From the NCBI RefSeq assembly GCF_000964545.1, contig NZ_BBVD01000005.1:2838-34837 (forward strand): a stretch of DNA of 32,000 bases, written 5' to 3'. The position numbers and the translations under genes are program-made. The DNA comes from Comamonas thiooxydans. GTDB taxonomy: Bacteria; Pseudomonadota; Gammaproteobacteria; Burkholderiales; Burkholderiaceae_C. Positions 8,832 to 17,990 of this stretch are shown here, one piece after another. Below the pieces are notes generated by a model, which saw nothing but the letters and a program-made list of their open reading frames with translations, had not been told where the DNA came from and did no database searches. Within the stretch, counting starts at the first letter, position 1. The number at the start of each line of letters is the position of its first letter.

Positions 8832-9848
8832 ATGACATCAACCGAAAATATTACGCCAATCACCGAGGCCACCAGCGGCCCGCTGGTTGTTGCCCCAGTC
8901 TACGATGGCCTATGCACCTTCGAGTTCTCCATCGTGGCAGAGGTTTTCGGTCTGGCGCGTCCGGAGATGGGCCCTGACTGGTACCGCTTTGCCAGTGCGG
9001 CAGTTGAGCCTGGCTTACTGCGGGCTCATGGCGGCCTGCACGTCATGGCTGATGGTCAAGCCGATTTGTTAGAGCGCGCGGATCTGATCGTGATGCCCGG
9101 ATGGAAAGGCCCACATGTACCGGTACCACAGAAGCTTGCGCGACGCTTGCGCCTGGCCTGGGAGCGCGGCGCCCGGTTGGCCTCAATATGCTCTGGAGCC
9201 TTCGTGCTGGCCGCAACGGGCCTGTTGGACGGGCGAAGGGCAGCAACGCACTGGCGCTATGCCGAGACGCTGAGCCAGCGGCACCCCGCAATCGAAGTCG
9301 ATGCCAGCGTGCTCTATGTCGAAGAAGACCGTATTCTGACTTCGGCGGGAAGCGCCGCGGGTATAGATTTGATGCTGCATATCGTGCGAGGAGACTTCGG
9401 CGTGAAAGCCGCCAACAGCGTCGCCCGGCGCTTGGTGATGCCTCCCCATCGCAGCGGTGGGCAAGCTCAGTTCATCGAACGCCCCGTGCAGCCGGACCGG
9501 CTCAATCGGCTCTCTGACGTGCTGGAACAGATGCGTGCGGATCTTCAAGGCGACTGGACAGTTGATCGGATGGCGCAGAGCGTGCTGATGAGTCCCAGGT
9601 CTTTCCTGCGCCATTTCATCAGGGCGACAGGTGTACCCCCAGGCCAATGGCTGATCGCTGAGCGGGTGACAGAAGCCCAACGCCTTCTCGAGGGCAGTGC
9701 AATGCCGGTCGAGGACATTGCTGCACGGGTTGGATTCGGCAGTGTCCAGGTCCTGAGGCATCACTTTCGCGCCAAACTAGGCCTAGCCCCCAGAGACTAT
9801 CGAGCTATGTTCAGCGCTGTACGGATCAGCGAACTGCCTTCGGCATAA
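8832..9848 (+). CDS. GlxA-family transcriptional regulator (DJ-1/PfpI domain + AraC-type HTH)
   Basis: The DJ-1/PfpI-like N-domain has DLIVMPGW and [25 protein letters not shown]. The C-terminal AraC HTH has [21 protein letters not shown]...[20 protein letters not shown]. I chose start ATG 8832 because the ORF-track start 8649 overlaps the rhodanese gene on the opposite strand. Confidence 0.85.
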   Translation: [338 protein letters not shown]

Positions 9849-10403
9849 CTTGAGTGAATTTCTGCTTTGGGTCGCAACCTCATGTCTGTGTCAAGTGACA
9901 GCAGACTTCCAGCAACCAATCGACCTGCAACTAACATCCACTGTCCGCTACTCAACTGAAACCCGTCGTTGAGAATTCGCCAGCATCGATCTTCGGATAG
10001 CTGCTACGGAGCGGTGACCGATAGGTCACGATGCAGCCATGAGCAGCAGCAATCGCTGCAAAGCGGCCGTTTGAACTAACTACTCGAACGACGGCAATGG
10101 GTCGACCTGAGCCTGTTGGGGCATTCAGAACCGGTCCTTCGAGCCAGCTCGCATGGCTGCACCGCGCAATCAACTATGGCGAGTTGTGACAAGCCACGGA
10201 TGTACAGCCCTTGGCGACTTCTATCCCACATGACTGCAAGGCATTTCGCTGAACGCGCGTGACAGAATGTCCTGTCTGTGCCTATTGGCGGCTCACCCGC
10301 TGCCATAGGCGTACTCTCTGTTCAGCTCTCACATCGTGGACGCTTATGGCCTGGTCGCATAAATCAATGTGAGATGCAAAACAGAGAATCCGACGCACAC
10401 TTC

Positions 10404-11624
10404 TCAGCTATCAGCAACTTCTTTAACCAGATACGGCCGAAATCCTGTCTCCTGCGGGAACAGCACTCGTGGAGAGCACCTCACGATATCTCCGTTGTGG
10501 AGCGAATGAACAACGGCGTCTTTCTGGGTTTGATGAGCCACTACGGTAGTTGTCGCATCTTGGCCCTTCGTCAAAGAAGCCCGGGTCTGCATGTCATCCT
10601 CCACACGAGCAACGTGATTGAACAGGGCTTGCAGATGCAGCGTGGGCCGTGCGATCAGGTACCCTTGAACGCCAGTCGCTCCAGCGGTTAAAGCCACATC
10701 GAGCTTCGCAGCAGAATCGATCCCTTCAACGATCACAGTCACCCCGTGATCGGCGCAAATCCCCACCATGCCTTGCAGCAGCCTCGCCGGCAGCTCACCC
10801 TCGGCGGTTTCTTCCAGCACCGACTTGTCGAGCTTGACGGTGTTGGCACGAACTTTGTTCAGGATGTCCAGCGAACCCGCTTCCTTGCCTATGTCGTCAA
10901 GCGCAATCCTGACACCCTGGAACTGTAGGTGATGAATCAGGCTGAGGGCGGATTTCTCTTCCGGAAAGGTGCTCGTTTCTGTGATTTCAAGCACCAGTCG
11001 CTGCGCCAAATTAGGTCGATCCCCTAGATACGTGAGAATCTCATCCCACCACGCCGCACTCACAAAGGAGCGAGCGGAAACGTTGCAACCCAGATTCAAA
11101 CCTTCACTGCCGGCCAATGTGCCCAGCGTGGTCCATAACACGCTACGGTCAAGACGCTCAACCAGCCCCAAGCGCTCCAAGGCCTGAATAGCATCTGGAA
11201 CCACATAGCTGAGACACGCAGCCTCGGGCGCAGTGCGGCGCAACAGGCATTCATAGTAAAGGGTTGGAGCAGACCCCGAGTATTCACGGGTCGCCACCGG
11301 CTGGAATACCAAGGCGAGGTTTCCCAGGCGCAGGTCATTCAGCAAGCAGCTGGCCAGATGCATATCGCTCTGGTAGTGCTGACGCCATATAGAGCGCAGG
11401 CCCCGTGCAGGAGGATATCGACGGCAGTCTGCGGTACGAGAACCTTCCAGCTGCGAATTTGTGCCATTGCCGGAAGCAGCGCCCAGGATCTGCGCTTCGA
11501 CCTGTAGATAGATCTGTTTCATGCCCCAGATCACCGGCACTTGCCCTATCGCTGCACAGATGCGCTCGGCTTCGCCGTGATACCCAGAGTCTTCTGCGGT
11601 CGAGAACTGGCCCGTGACCATCAA
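10404..11624 (-). CDS. EAL-domain protein (putative c-di-GMP phosphodiesterase), no GGDEF domain; start uncertain
   Basis: EAL-domain landmarks are present in order: FQPV...YYECLLR, NVSARSF, LVLEITET, RIALDDIG, KLDKS, VIVEGIDS, QGYLIARP. The N-terminal ~90 aa and C-terminal ~75 aa have no motif I recognise. Confidence 0.8.
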   Translation of the reverse strand: MMVTGQFSTAEDSGYHGEAERICAAIGQVPVIWGMKQIYLQVEAQILGAASGNGTNSQLEGSRTADCRRYPPARGLRSIWRQHYQSDMHLASCLLNDLRLGNLALVFQPVATREYSGSAPTLYYECLLRRTAPEAACLSYVVPDAIQALERLGLVERLDRSVLWTTLGTLAGSEGLNLGCNVSARSFVSAAWWDEILTYLGDRPNLAQRLVLEITETSTFPEEKSALSLIHHLQFQGVRIALDDIGKEAGSLDILNKVRANTVKLDKSVLEETAEGELPARLLQGMVGICADHGVTVIVEGIDSAAKLDVALTAGATGVQGYLIARPTLHLQALFNHVARVEDDMQTRASLTKGQDATTTVVAHQTQKDAVVHSLHNGDIVRCSPRVLFPQETGFRPYLVKEVADS

Positions 11625-11777
11625 AGTCGCACGCTTTTTTGTTGCCGCACGAACGGACAGTCCCTTGCTTGTTGATTTCCACCCAGAAGTGACCCACTAG
11701 CCCCCGGTTTTTCCATCTCAATCTGACCCACGAATTAACCCTAGCCTGCTGTTTTCTTGTGCAGCAGGAGACCAGGA

Positions 11778-11905
11778 GTGATTGACGTGGCCACTTTGAG
11801 TGTCATCCGGCGCTGGGCTCTGCGTGAGAACCTGTCCATCCGAGAGATCGCCCGCAGAACTGGGCTTTCTCGCAATACCATCCGCAAGTATTTGCGCTCC
11901 GACGA
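11778..11905 (+). pseudogene. IS21-family transposase (IstA) N-terminal HTH fragment
   Basis: V/MIDVATLSVIRRWALRENLSIREIARRTGLSRNTIRKYLRSD is the conserved IstA N-terminus. Similarity stops after about 43 codons and no DDE domain or istB follows. Confidence 0.6.
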
Positions 11906-12085
11906 CCGTGCCTTTGCGGTGTTTGGAGGCTACGACAACATGCGCACAGCCGTCGATCGTGTCAGCCGTGGCAAGCTCAGAGAGGTCAATGCCAGATTCA
12001 GTGCTATGCATCTGTTTTAGAAGGGAAAATTCTATTCCAATAAATTTTCGATGGTGCCCTGCCATTCATTTTGTGAGCCTCCGAC

Positions 12086-12491
12086 GTGCTGCAGCATTTG
12101 CCCGAGGATGAAGCGCTTGAGTGCCTGACAGTCGATGCTGCCTACGGCACGCAGCCCGTCCATGAAGCAGTCATCAGAGGTGGCGCTATGCCAGCCATTC
12201 CACCTCGAAAGAATGCCCGAATCCGCAAGGGCAGTGTCTTTGTGCATCGCAATGCTGCGATTGCAGCATGTAGGCGACTGGGGCAAGATCAGGGCGAAGT
12301 CTCTGGAAATGCTGGAGTGCCTACGAAACCAAGATGCACTGCATCAAGCGACTGGGCGAGCGTGTGATGTCTCGTACCTTTGAACGCCAAGTCAACGAGC
12401 TACATATCCGGGCAGCGATCTTGAATCGATTCACTGAACTGGGCCGTCCACAGACGGCAGCGGTGGCTGACCTACGGCGGGAGTTTGGGTA
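12086..12491 (+). pseudogene. IS5-family (DDE_Tnp_1-type) transposase C-terminal fragment, frameshifted
   Basis: LTVDAAYGTQPVHEAVIRGGAMPAIPPRKNA...HRNAAIAACRRLG, then in another frame ...WKCWSAYETKMHCIKRLGERVMSRTFERQVNELHIRAAILNRFTELGRPQT. This is the typical IS5-group C-terminus, with a frame switch near 12285-12300. Confidence 0.6.
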
Positions 12492-12609
12492 GGTTCGTCT
12501 CAAACTAGATTTGAATACGAAGGACTTCCCGCCATCTTGGCCTGCTGGATACGCAGTGCCACGATGGATCGGCAAGCCAATTTCTTCGTCATTCATCAGG
12601 AGTCGTGCC

Positions 12610-13664
12610 ATGCAAACCATCGTCCGTGTTGGGGTAGATCTCGCAAAGAATGTGCTGCAGGTCCATGCAGTCGATGCTCAAGGGAGGATGGTCACTAACC
12701 GGGCCATCCAGCGCAGCAAGTTCTTGGCATGGTGTGCGCAATTACCTGCAGGGTGTCTGGTGGCCATGGAGGCTTGTGGTGGTGCGCACCACTGGTGTCG
12801 GGCTTGGATGCACGCATGATGGCAGCGGCACTGGTCGCACCCTATCGCATGCAGGGCAAGAGCGGTAAAAACGATGCCAATGATGCGGCTGCCATTTGTG
12901 AGGCAGCCAGTCGCCCTCAGATGCGCTTTGTCCCCGTTAAGACTCCAGAGCAGCAGGGCATACTATGTGTGCATCGGCTGCGCGAAGGGTTCAAAGAGGA
13001 ACGCACAGCATGCATTAACCGTATTCGAGGATTGCTCGCCGAGTTTGGCATTGTTCTGCCGCAAAGCCCCAAAGTCTTGCGCACCTATTTGCACGATATC
13101 TTGGAAGATGCGACCAATGACATCGCAGGCGCAGCCCGCATTGCGCTGCAGCGTGCACTCATGCATTGGCAAGAGCTCGATGAACATCTTCACTGGTGCG
13201 AGCAGCGTATTGCCGCTCACTGTAAAGAAGATGCACAGGTGCAGCGAGCTGCCGCCATCAAGGGCTTGGGGCCACTCACTGCATCAGCGATGGTCGCCAC
13301 TGTGGGCGACTTCAGGCAGTTCAAGAACGGTGCACAGTTTGCCGCCTGGCTTGGGTTGACGCCCAGACAGAATTCCAGCGGAGGCAAATCCAATCTGGGT
13401 GCCATCACCAAGCGAGGCGATAGTTACCTGCGCACTTTGCTGGTCCAAGGGGCCAAGGCCGCAGTGCTGACCGGCAAACACAACCTCGACCCGATCTCCC
13501 AATGGGTGATGGCCTTGAGGCAGCGCAGTGGCTGGCAAAAGGCCGCCGTGGCGTTAGCCAACAAAAATGCACGCATCCTGTGGGCGCTCATGACACAGGA
13601 GCGTACCTACGAAGCAGCCCATATCAGCGAACGCCCCAGGCCACCCGTCTCTGCCGTTGCCTGA
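12610..13664 (+). pseudogene. IS110-family recombinase/transposase (DEDD RuvC-like N-domain + C-terminal domain), reading frame broken near 12800-12815
   Basis: MQTIVRVGVDLAKNVLQVHAVD...VAMEACGGAHHWCRAWMHA* is in frame 1. It continues in another frame as GLDARMMAAALVAPYRMQGKSGKNDANDAAAICEAASRPQMRFVPVKTPEQQ...FAAWLGLTPRQNSSGGKSNLGAITKRGDSYLRTLL. AGGAG lies 8 nt before ATG 12610. Element boundaries were not determined. Confidence 0.8.
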
Positions 13665-13950
13665 GACAGGCACTTCAACATGCCAGACGTGAAATCAAAG
13701 ATGCAATGAACAGGTCAGACCAGCAGCAGGCAAGCTCTGTTGTTGCATTGTGAGTCGCAAGACGTCACGAGATTTGAATGGAGCCCTGCTGCGCGGTTTG
13801 TTTCTGGGGGCGCACACCTCGTGCCTAACCCCGTCTGTAGATGTGCAGTCTGTTCCTCGTTTCAAGCACCTGGATCGTCTTGGCAGACAGGTCAGTCAAA
13901 AAGCGCTTGCATTGACGGGAAGTCCCTGTAATGCAGCAACGCCTTTGGAA

Positions 13951-14060
13951 TGTACAAGCGTTTACCTCACACTTTTTCCAGGTAAAACGTTGTACAAAAA
14001 CTCTTTCGGCTTTGGCGCCAAAGGAATGAGCATGTTCTTGTGTACAAGGATTTACCTCAC
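13951..14060. repeat. three copies of a TGTACAAG-NN-TTTACC(TCAC) motif: two direct, one inverted
   Basis: 13951-13970 (tgtacaagcgtttacctcac) and 14041-14060 (tgtacaaggatttacctcac) are identical at 18/20 positions. 13981-13996 (ggtaaaacgttgtaca) is an inverted copy and forms an imperfect palindrome with copy 1 across a 10-nt spacer (13971-13980). A perfect 14-bp palindrome ctttggcgccaaag lies at 14010-14023. Confidence 0.7.
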
Positions 14061-14112
14061 CCACCTGCCCTTTCGCTGCTGGTCTCTCAAGGTTGTGCAT
14101 GCCGAAACCTAG

Positions 14113-14472
14113 GTGATGTTTAGAGCACCTTACCCTGCACATTTGCCGCATCTGCAATACATCCTTGATGATCTGCGCTACAGCGATGCACAGCTCGCTA
14201 GGCTTCTAGACCTCAAGCCAGCTACCATCAAAAAATATCGGCGCGAGGGGCAAGCTCCTCGCGCCGTTCATTTGGCACTGTTTTGGGAATCACGATGGGG
14301 AATTTCTACCATCGACGCGATCGCCTTCAATCATGCAGCGGGCAACTACGCACTAGCCGAATCGCTCAAGCGCACAAATGCTAGGCTTGTCAAGCAAATC
14401 TTGACCATGGAAAAGGAGCTTGCGAGGCATAAAACCGCGCCCGCAAACGCTCCAGTTTTTCAGATTGGCTAA
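14113..14472 (+). CDS. small phage-type HTH regulatory protein (DUF3653-like pattern)
   Basis: AQLARLLDLKPATIKKYRREGQAPRAVHLALFWESRWG resembles the HTH plus 'AP..v.lal' pattern of small prophage regulators. The C-terminus is a coiled-coil-like helix. The family assignment is from memory only. Confidence 0.45.
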   Translation: MMFRAPYPAHLPHLQYILDDLRYSDAQLARLLDLKPATIKKYRREGQAPRAVHLALFWESRWGISTIDAIAFNHAAGNYALAESLKRTNARLVKQILTMEKELARHKTAPANAPVFQIG

Positions 14473-15188
14473 CAACCAATGCGAAATTGTCTATCACGAG
14501 CTTTACGTCGCTCTTCACGAATCCAATCCATGGTGTAACCACCACCGCCAATTCGCCCCAAGGAATCCAGCCAATTCACATGCTCATCTAGAGCTCGGCA
14601 TTCACCAGCATTCGCTCTACCTCCAGTGGGACGAGTTGCGACTGGAACCACTTGCTCAGCGGCAACTGCGTGCGCCCTATCCCGCTGCTGTCTTGCAATT
14701 GCTACTTGCTCCTCCCAAGAGACATTAGTCGGAACACGCGCAATGCGATCCATAAAACGCCCGTTGGCAGAGCATGGAACGCTTTCCCATGTGAGGTTGC
14801 CTTGAAAGTCTTTGCAGAGATAAATTTCCCGAGAGCTTGGCCCATTGCTTGGCTGCGCAATCTGCCTGCCACCTTCGCAAGGTGTAGTGCTGTAGCTATT
14901 TCCACACTGATAAATCTGGCCTGTAGCTTCGGTGCGAGGCTTTTCAGGCACCAAGACTCTTGGTGCAACGACAGTCTGCTCTGGCGGAGGTCGAGATGCA
15001 GGTAGTTGAGGAGCCGCCGGAGGAGGCCCAACTAAAAAGCGCAATATTTCAGACTGATATCTGTATACAAGTGCACCAGCCATAAGCACGGCAATCGTAA
15101 GAACGAGCTTTGCAAAAAAGCTCATTTCATTTTTCCCACTCGTGAATGGATTATCGCGCTGCCATCCACCAGGATCGTAATGTCCCAT
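14469..15188 (-). CDS. DUF4124-like membrane-anchored protein
   Basis: Strong RBS (gaGGAGGgggttATG). One TM helix (FFAKLVLTIAVLMAGALVY) and a Pro-rich linker. Two IY.C.....G......PC motifs are present (IYQCGNSYSTTPC, IYLCKDFQGNLTWESVPC). The C-terminus is CRALDEHVNWLDS...RKARDRQFRIGC. The stop overlaps the stop of the convergent 14113..14472 gene. Confidence 0.6.
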   Translation of the reverse strand: MGHYDPGGWQRDNPFTSGKNEMSFFAKLVLTIAVLMAGALVYRYQSEILRFLVGPPPAAPQLPASRPPPEQTVVAPRVLVPEKPRTEATGQIYQCGNSYSTTPCEGGRQIAQPSNGPSSREIYLCKDFQGNLTWESVPCSANGRFMDRIARVPTNVSWEEQVAIARQQRDRAHAVAAEQVVPVATRPTGGRANAGECRALDEHVNWLDSLGRIGGGGYTMDWIREERRKARDRQFRIGC

Positions 15189-15893
15189 AACCCCCTCCTC
15201 TTTCCCGAATCATAGGACAGAAGCGCTCCCGCACTACTCCCAAAGATTGAGCACTCTACGGTGCTCTAAGTGCTCGCCGCACGGCGTCAGCTGTCCGTGA
15301 CACGTCGCGCCCAGCACCATTCCCCGGAGTTTTCGCCGCTTCGGCCACGCTAAATCAGGAGCGGCCTACGGCCTTGTCCTTTCTCCGGGGGTATTCATAA
15401 AGCTTCGCTTTACAAAGCTTCCCCACTCCGAAACGCCATCCTGATACCGCTAAAGGCACGGCGAAGAACTCAGGGGAACGGTGCAAGCAAGGGACAGTTA
15501 AACGGGCAGCAGACAGTTGACGACCCGGCTCCGAATCTAGGGGCCCGGTACACCAGAAAGGCGGCACATCATGGCAATCGCAGCAAATTTCAGGAAGTAT
15601 GCAGAGGCAATGGCGCTGCAACTGGTGCTGCCTTTCGGCCGGCCGATCTGGAACACTTCGCGCCCCACAACGCGCCTCGGCCGCGAGATCCGCTCATACA
15701 TCACCAAGGCCATAGGCGCGCGGCCTGGTTGAATATCCGGCGCTCCCTGCAATCCCTCAGTGGTGGAAGGATGCTCAGACACGCGCGCGAGCCTTCGTTA
15801 AGTTTGCGAAGGAAGGTCAGCTCAAGATCGACTTGAGCCAGCGAAAACCGACCATCAATAAGCCAAACTAGAAAATCCGGCTATCACTGCTTT

Positions 15894-16640
15894 TTATGCA
15901 ATCTGTTCACCGACGATAATTTTTGCTTCATGATATGGAGCACACCTTTTAAGATAGTCCTTGCAGAATCCTGAAAACGTCTCGGAGGGTTTAGTCATAG
16001 ATTCCATAATCTCCAGTGCCTCTCTTATTTTTCTCTTTTTGTTCTGCTTCTTGATATCTGTCTCAGCATCTTCGTAATCCTTTATGGCTTCTTCAAGTGA
16101 TTCGCTAAAACTATGCAGGCTTACTAAAATATCTGCCCTGGGCCTCATCAATCTTACAGAATTCAGTCCACAGACGCTTATAGTCCGCTCGCCGATTTCC
16201 TTGTGAATATTATTTACTGCGATTTTTATGTCAGTGTAATGGAATATATCTTCCGGATCAGAATCATAGGGGTTAATAATAGGATAACTTACCGTGTCAT
16301 GTCCGCCTTTGCGGTCATTGCATTTTCTACATGCCGGAAGGAAGTTTTCCCAATTAAATGCTAGCGCAGGATAGATCGACTTAGGGGCAAAATGTTCCAC
16401 CTCGATATTTCCACTCTCCCCGGGCTTTGTCTCACAAAACGCACATTTCTCAAGCGAACTTTTAAATAAGACGCTTTTTATTTCTTGGTGCCGATAATGA
16501 ATAAGTAGTTTTTCTTTCTGCTCTGCAGGAATTTTTGAGTAACCCCCAAAAACAGTGACTGCCTCGATTAGACTAGTTGTCCACGAATTTTCATTATTTA
16601 TCAGCACGGCAGGCTTATTATCACGACTTAGCTTAATCAT
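15894..16640 (-). CDS. HNH endonuclease, PtuB-like (candidate Septu nuclease subunit)
   Basis: The zinc-ribbon HNH core is CAFCETKPGESGNIEVEHFAPKSIYPALAFNWENFLPACRKCNDRKGGHD (16317-16445). Start ATG 16640 overlaps the upstream ATPase stop by 8 nt. Composition is AT-rich, unlike the host. The gene call is firm; the PtuB assignment is by architecture and motif only. Confidence 0.75.
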   Translation of the reverse strand: MIKLSRDNKPAVLINNENSWTTSLIEAVTVFGGYSKIPAEQKEKLLIHYRHQEIKSVLFKSSLEKCAFCETKPGESGNIEVEHFAPKSIYPALAFNWENFLPACRKCNDRKGGHDTVSYPIINPYDSDPEDIFHYTDIKIAVNNIHKEIGERTISVCGLNSVRLMRPRADILVSLHSFSESLEEAIKDYEDAETDIKKQNKKRKIREALEIMESMTKPSETFSGFCKDYLKRCAPYHEAKIIVGEQIA

Positions 16641-17886
16641 TTGACAGCGCTACCATCGATGCATATCTTGTATTTAAGACGGTCAAAATGGAATCACTCG
16701 GGTGAGCCACTTCAGATAGTCTGAAAATAGCATTCTTTAAGCCTTCAATAGACCCCTCTTGGATTTTATCAAAAGATTCAGAAATAAGTATTTCGTAGTC
16801 TTTATTCTCTAAACTAACTACACCCATAACTTCCGATAGAATATGATCAGTGCTCCAACCAGAAAATCTCTTAGCCGTTGGCTTAAGAGTTAATTCACTT
16901 GTGCCTGCCTCCCTATTCATTATAATTACTTCATTTTCCTTCGCAGATGAAAGCAAATGCGGAGAATGAGTTGTTACTATAAATTGAATATTCGGAAATA
17001 AGCTCTCCAATCCATCTCGCAGTGTGAATTGCCACTCAGGATGCAAGTGAAGATCAAGCTCATCCACTAAAACTGAACCCGTAGCATTGGCAGCCAACCT
17101 TTCACCTGCACTCCGAGTCGCTTCAACCCATTGAAATATATTAGCGACTATTGATAATACTGCCTGAAAGCCGGCAGAGAGCTCCTCCATGTAGCACTCT
17201 TCACCATAAATTGAAAATATTGGCTCAAAGTCTTTCTCGGTTCTAATATAAGAGAAATTACTATTAAATGGCGCCAGAGCGGGGAGCTTTTCAATTAATC
17301 TTTTCCAATTTTCTCTTTCTTCTGTCGCCCATTCCTTATCAATCATAAAATATCGATTAATGAACCACTGCTTAATATCTATAGGATTTACTCCATATAA
17401 TGACTGTGTTCCATTTGATGAATATTTTTGGCGCTGCTGCGCAAGCCCCAGCTCTCGAGTCATCCCATCTATCTGATGATATTTAATACTTCTTTCTGCT
17501 CCAATAAATAGTGGGCAGAACCCATCCAGCTTTTTATCGGTTTCATGTAGCAAGACAGATTCCCGGCCCATCTCCCTGTCCGGGTGATTCCATGCCCTTA
17601 TTGAATGTCTTCTATAGCCCCTGGGATCGATAGAGTTCCCACCAATTCCAACTCTCTTTTTTTCTCCTAAAACCATCATATCGATCCAGAACTTAGAGCC
17701 CTCATGAAATCTGGAATATTCAAAAGCGGCATGGTTTAGACAGTGAGATATTCCAGCCAGAATTGAAGTTTTACCGCAGCCATTTGGCCCGGCGATAAAA
17801 TTGAAATTTTTATTAAACTCAACATCCAGCGTTTTGAACTGTCTAAAATTTTCCAGATGTAGTTTCTCGATGTAGCTTGATGTCAA
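16633..17886 (-). CDS. ABC/SMC-like AAA15/21-type ATPase, PtuA-like (candidate Septu ATPase subunit)
   Basis: N-terminus IEKLHLENFRQFKTLDVEF. Walker A GPNGCGKTS (17764-17790), signature-like EELSAGFQ, Walker B SVLVDELDLHLHPEWQ and H-loop FIVTTHSPHLL are all present. The start is apparently TTG 17886, with no strong RBS. There is no TOPRIM or nuclease domain. Confidence 0.75.
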   Translation of the reverse strand: MTSSYIEKLHLENFRQFKTLDVEFNKNFNFIAGPNGCGKTSILAGISHCLNHAAFEYSRFHEGSKFWIDMMVLGEKKRVGIGGNSIDPRGYRRHSIRAWNHPDREMGRESVLLHETDKKLDGFCPLFIGAERSIKYHQIDGMTRELGLAQQRQKYSSNGTQSLYGVNPIDIKQWFINRYFMIDKEWATEERENWKRLIEKLPALAPFNSNFSYIRTEKDFEPIFSIYGEECYMEELSAGFQAVLSIVANIFQWVEATRSAGERLAANATGSVLVDELDLHLHPEWQFTLRDGLESLFPNIQFIVTTHSPHLLSSAKENEVIIMNREAGTSELTLKPTAKRFSGWSTDHILSEVMGVVSLENKDYEILISESFDKIQEGSIEGLKNAIFRLSEVAHPSDSILTVLNTRYASMVALSND

Positions 17887-17961
17887 TTTATACCGCCATT
17901 TTTACGTGTACAACAAGATTAAGACAACACAAAAACAATATTCGTCAATCTCTTAGGAATT

Positions 17962-17990
17962 AATATAGCCTCATAAGAAAAAGTGAGCAA
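17962..17990 (-). promoter_or_regulatory. candidate sigma-70 promoter for the ATPase-HNH operon
   Basis: On the minus strand: TTGCTC (17985-17990), a 17-nt spacer, then TATATT (17962-17967), about 75 nt upstream of the ATPase start and inside the AT-rich leader. Pattern match only. Confidence 0.3.

Noticed and set aside
9952-10306. Possible decayed PIN-domain (VapC-like) toxin on the minus strand
   Set aside because: The stretch GRPIAVV...FAAIAAAHGCIVTYRS resembles the VapC C-terminal G+PI..D.MIAAIA..HG..vvT.N pattern. However, the spacing is wrong, the acidic residues cannot be placed, the N-terminal half is not recoverable in any frame, and no antitoxin ORF precedes it.
13750-14157. ORFs of 120 aa (+) and 110 aa (-) in the repeat-rich spacer
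   Set aside because: They overlap each other and the repeat/palindrome elements. They have Cys/Arg-rich low-complexity translations and no RBS, so they were treated as non-coding.
15189-17886. Retron with a PtuAB-type effector, with the structured region at 15.2-15.6 kb as msr/msd
   Set aside because: No reverse-transcriptase ORF is present anywhere near the pair. The structured region lies downstream of the HNH gene and has host-like G+C, unlike the AT-rich islet. Known retron ncRNAs sit immediately upstream of the RT.
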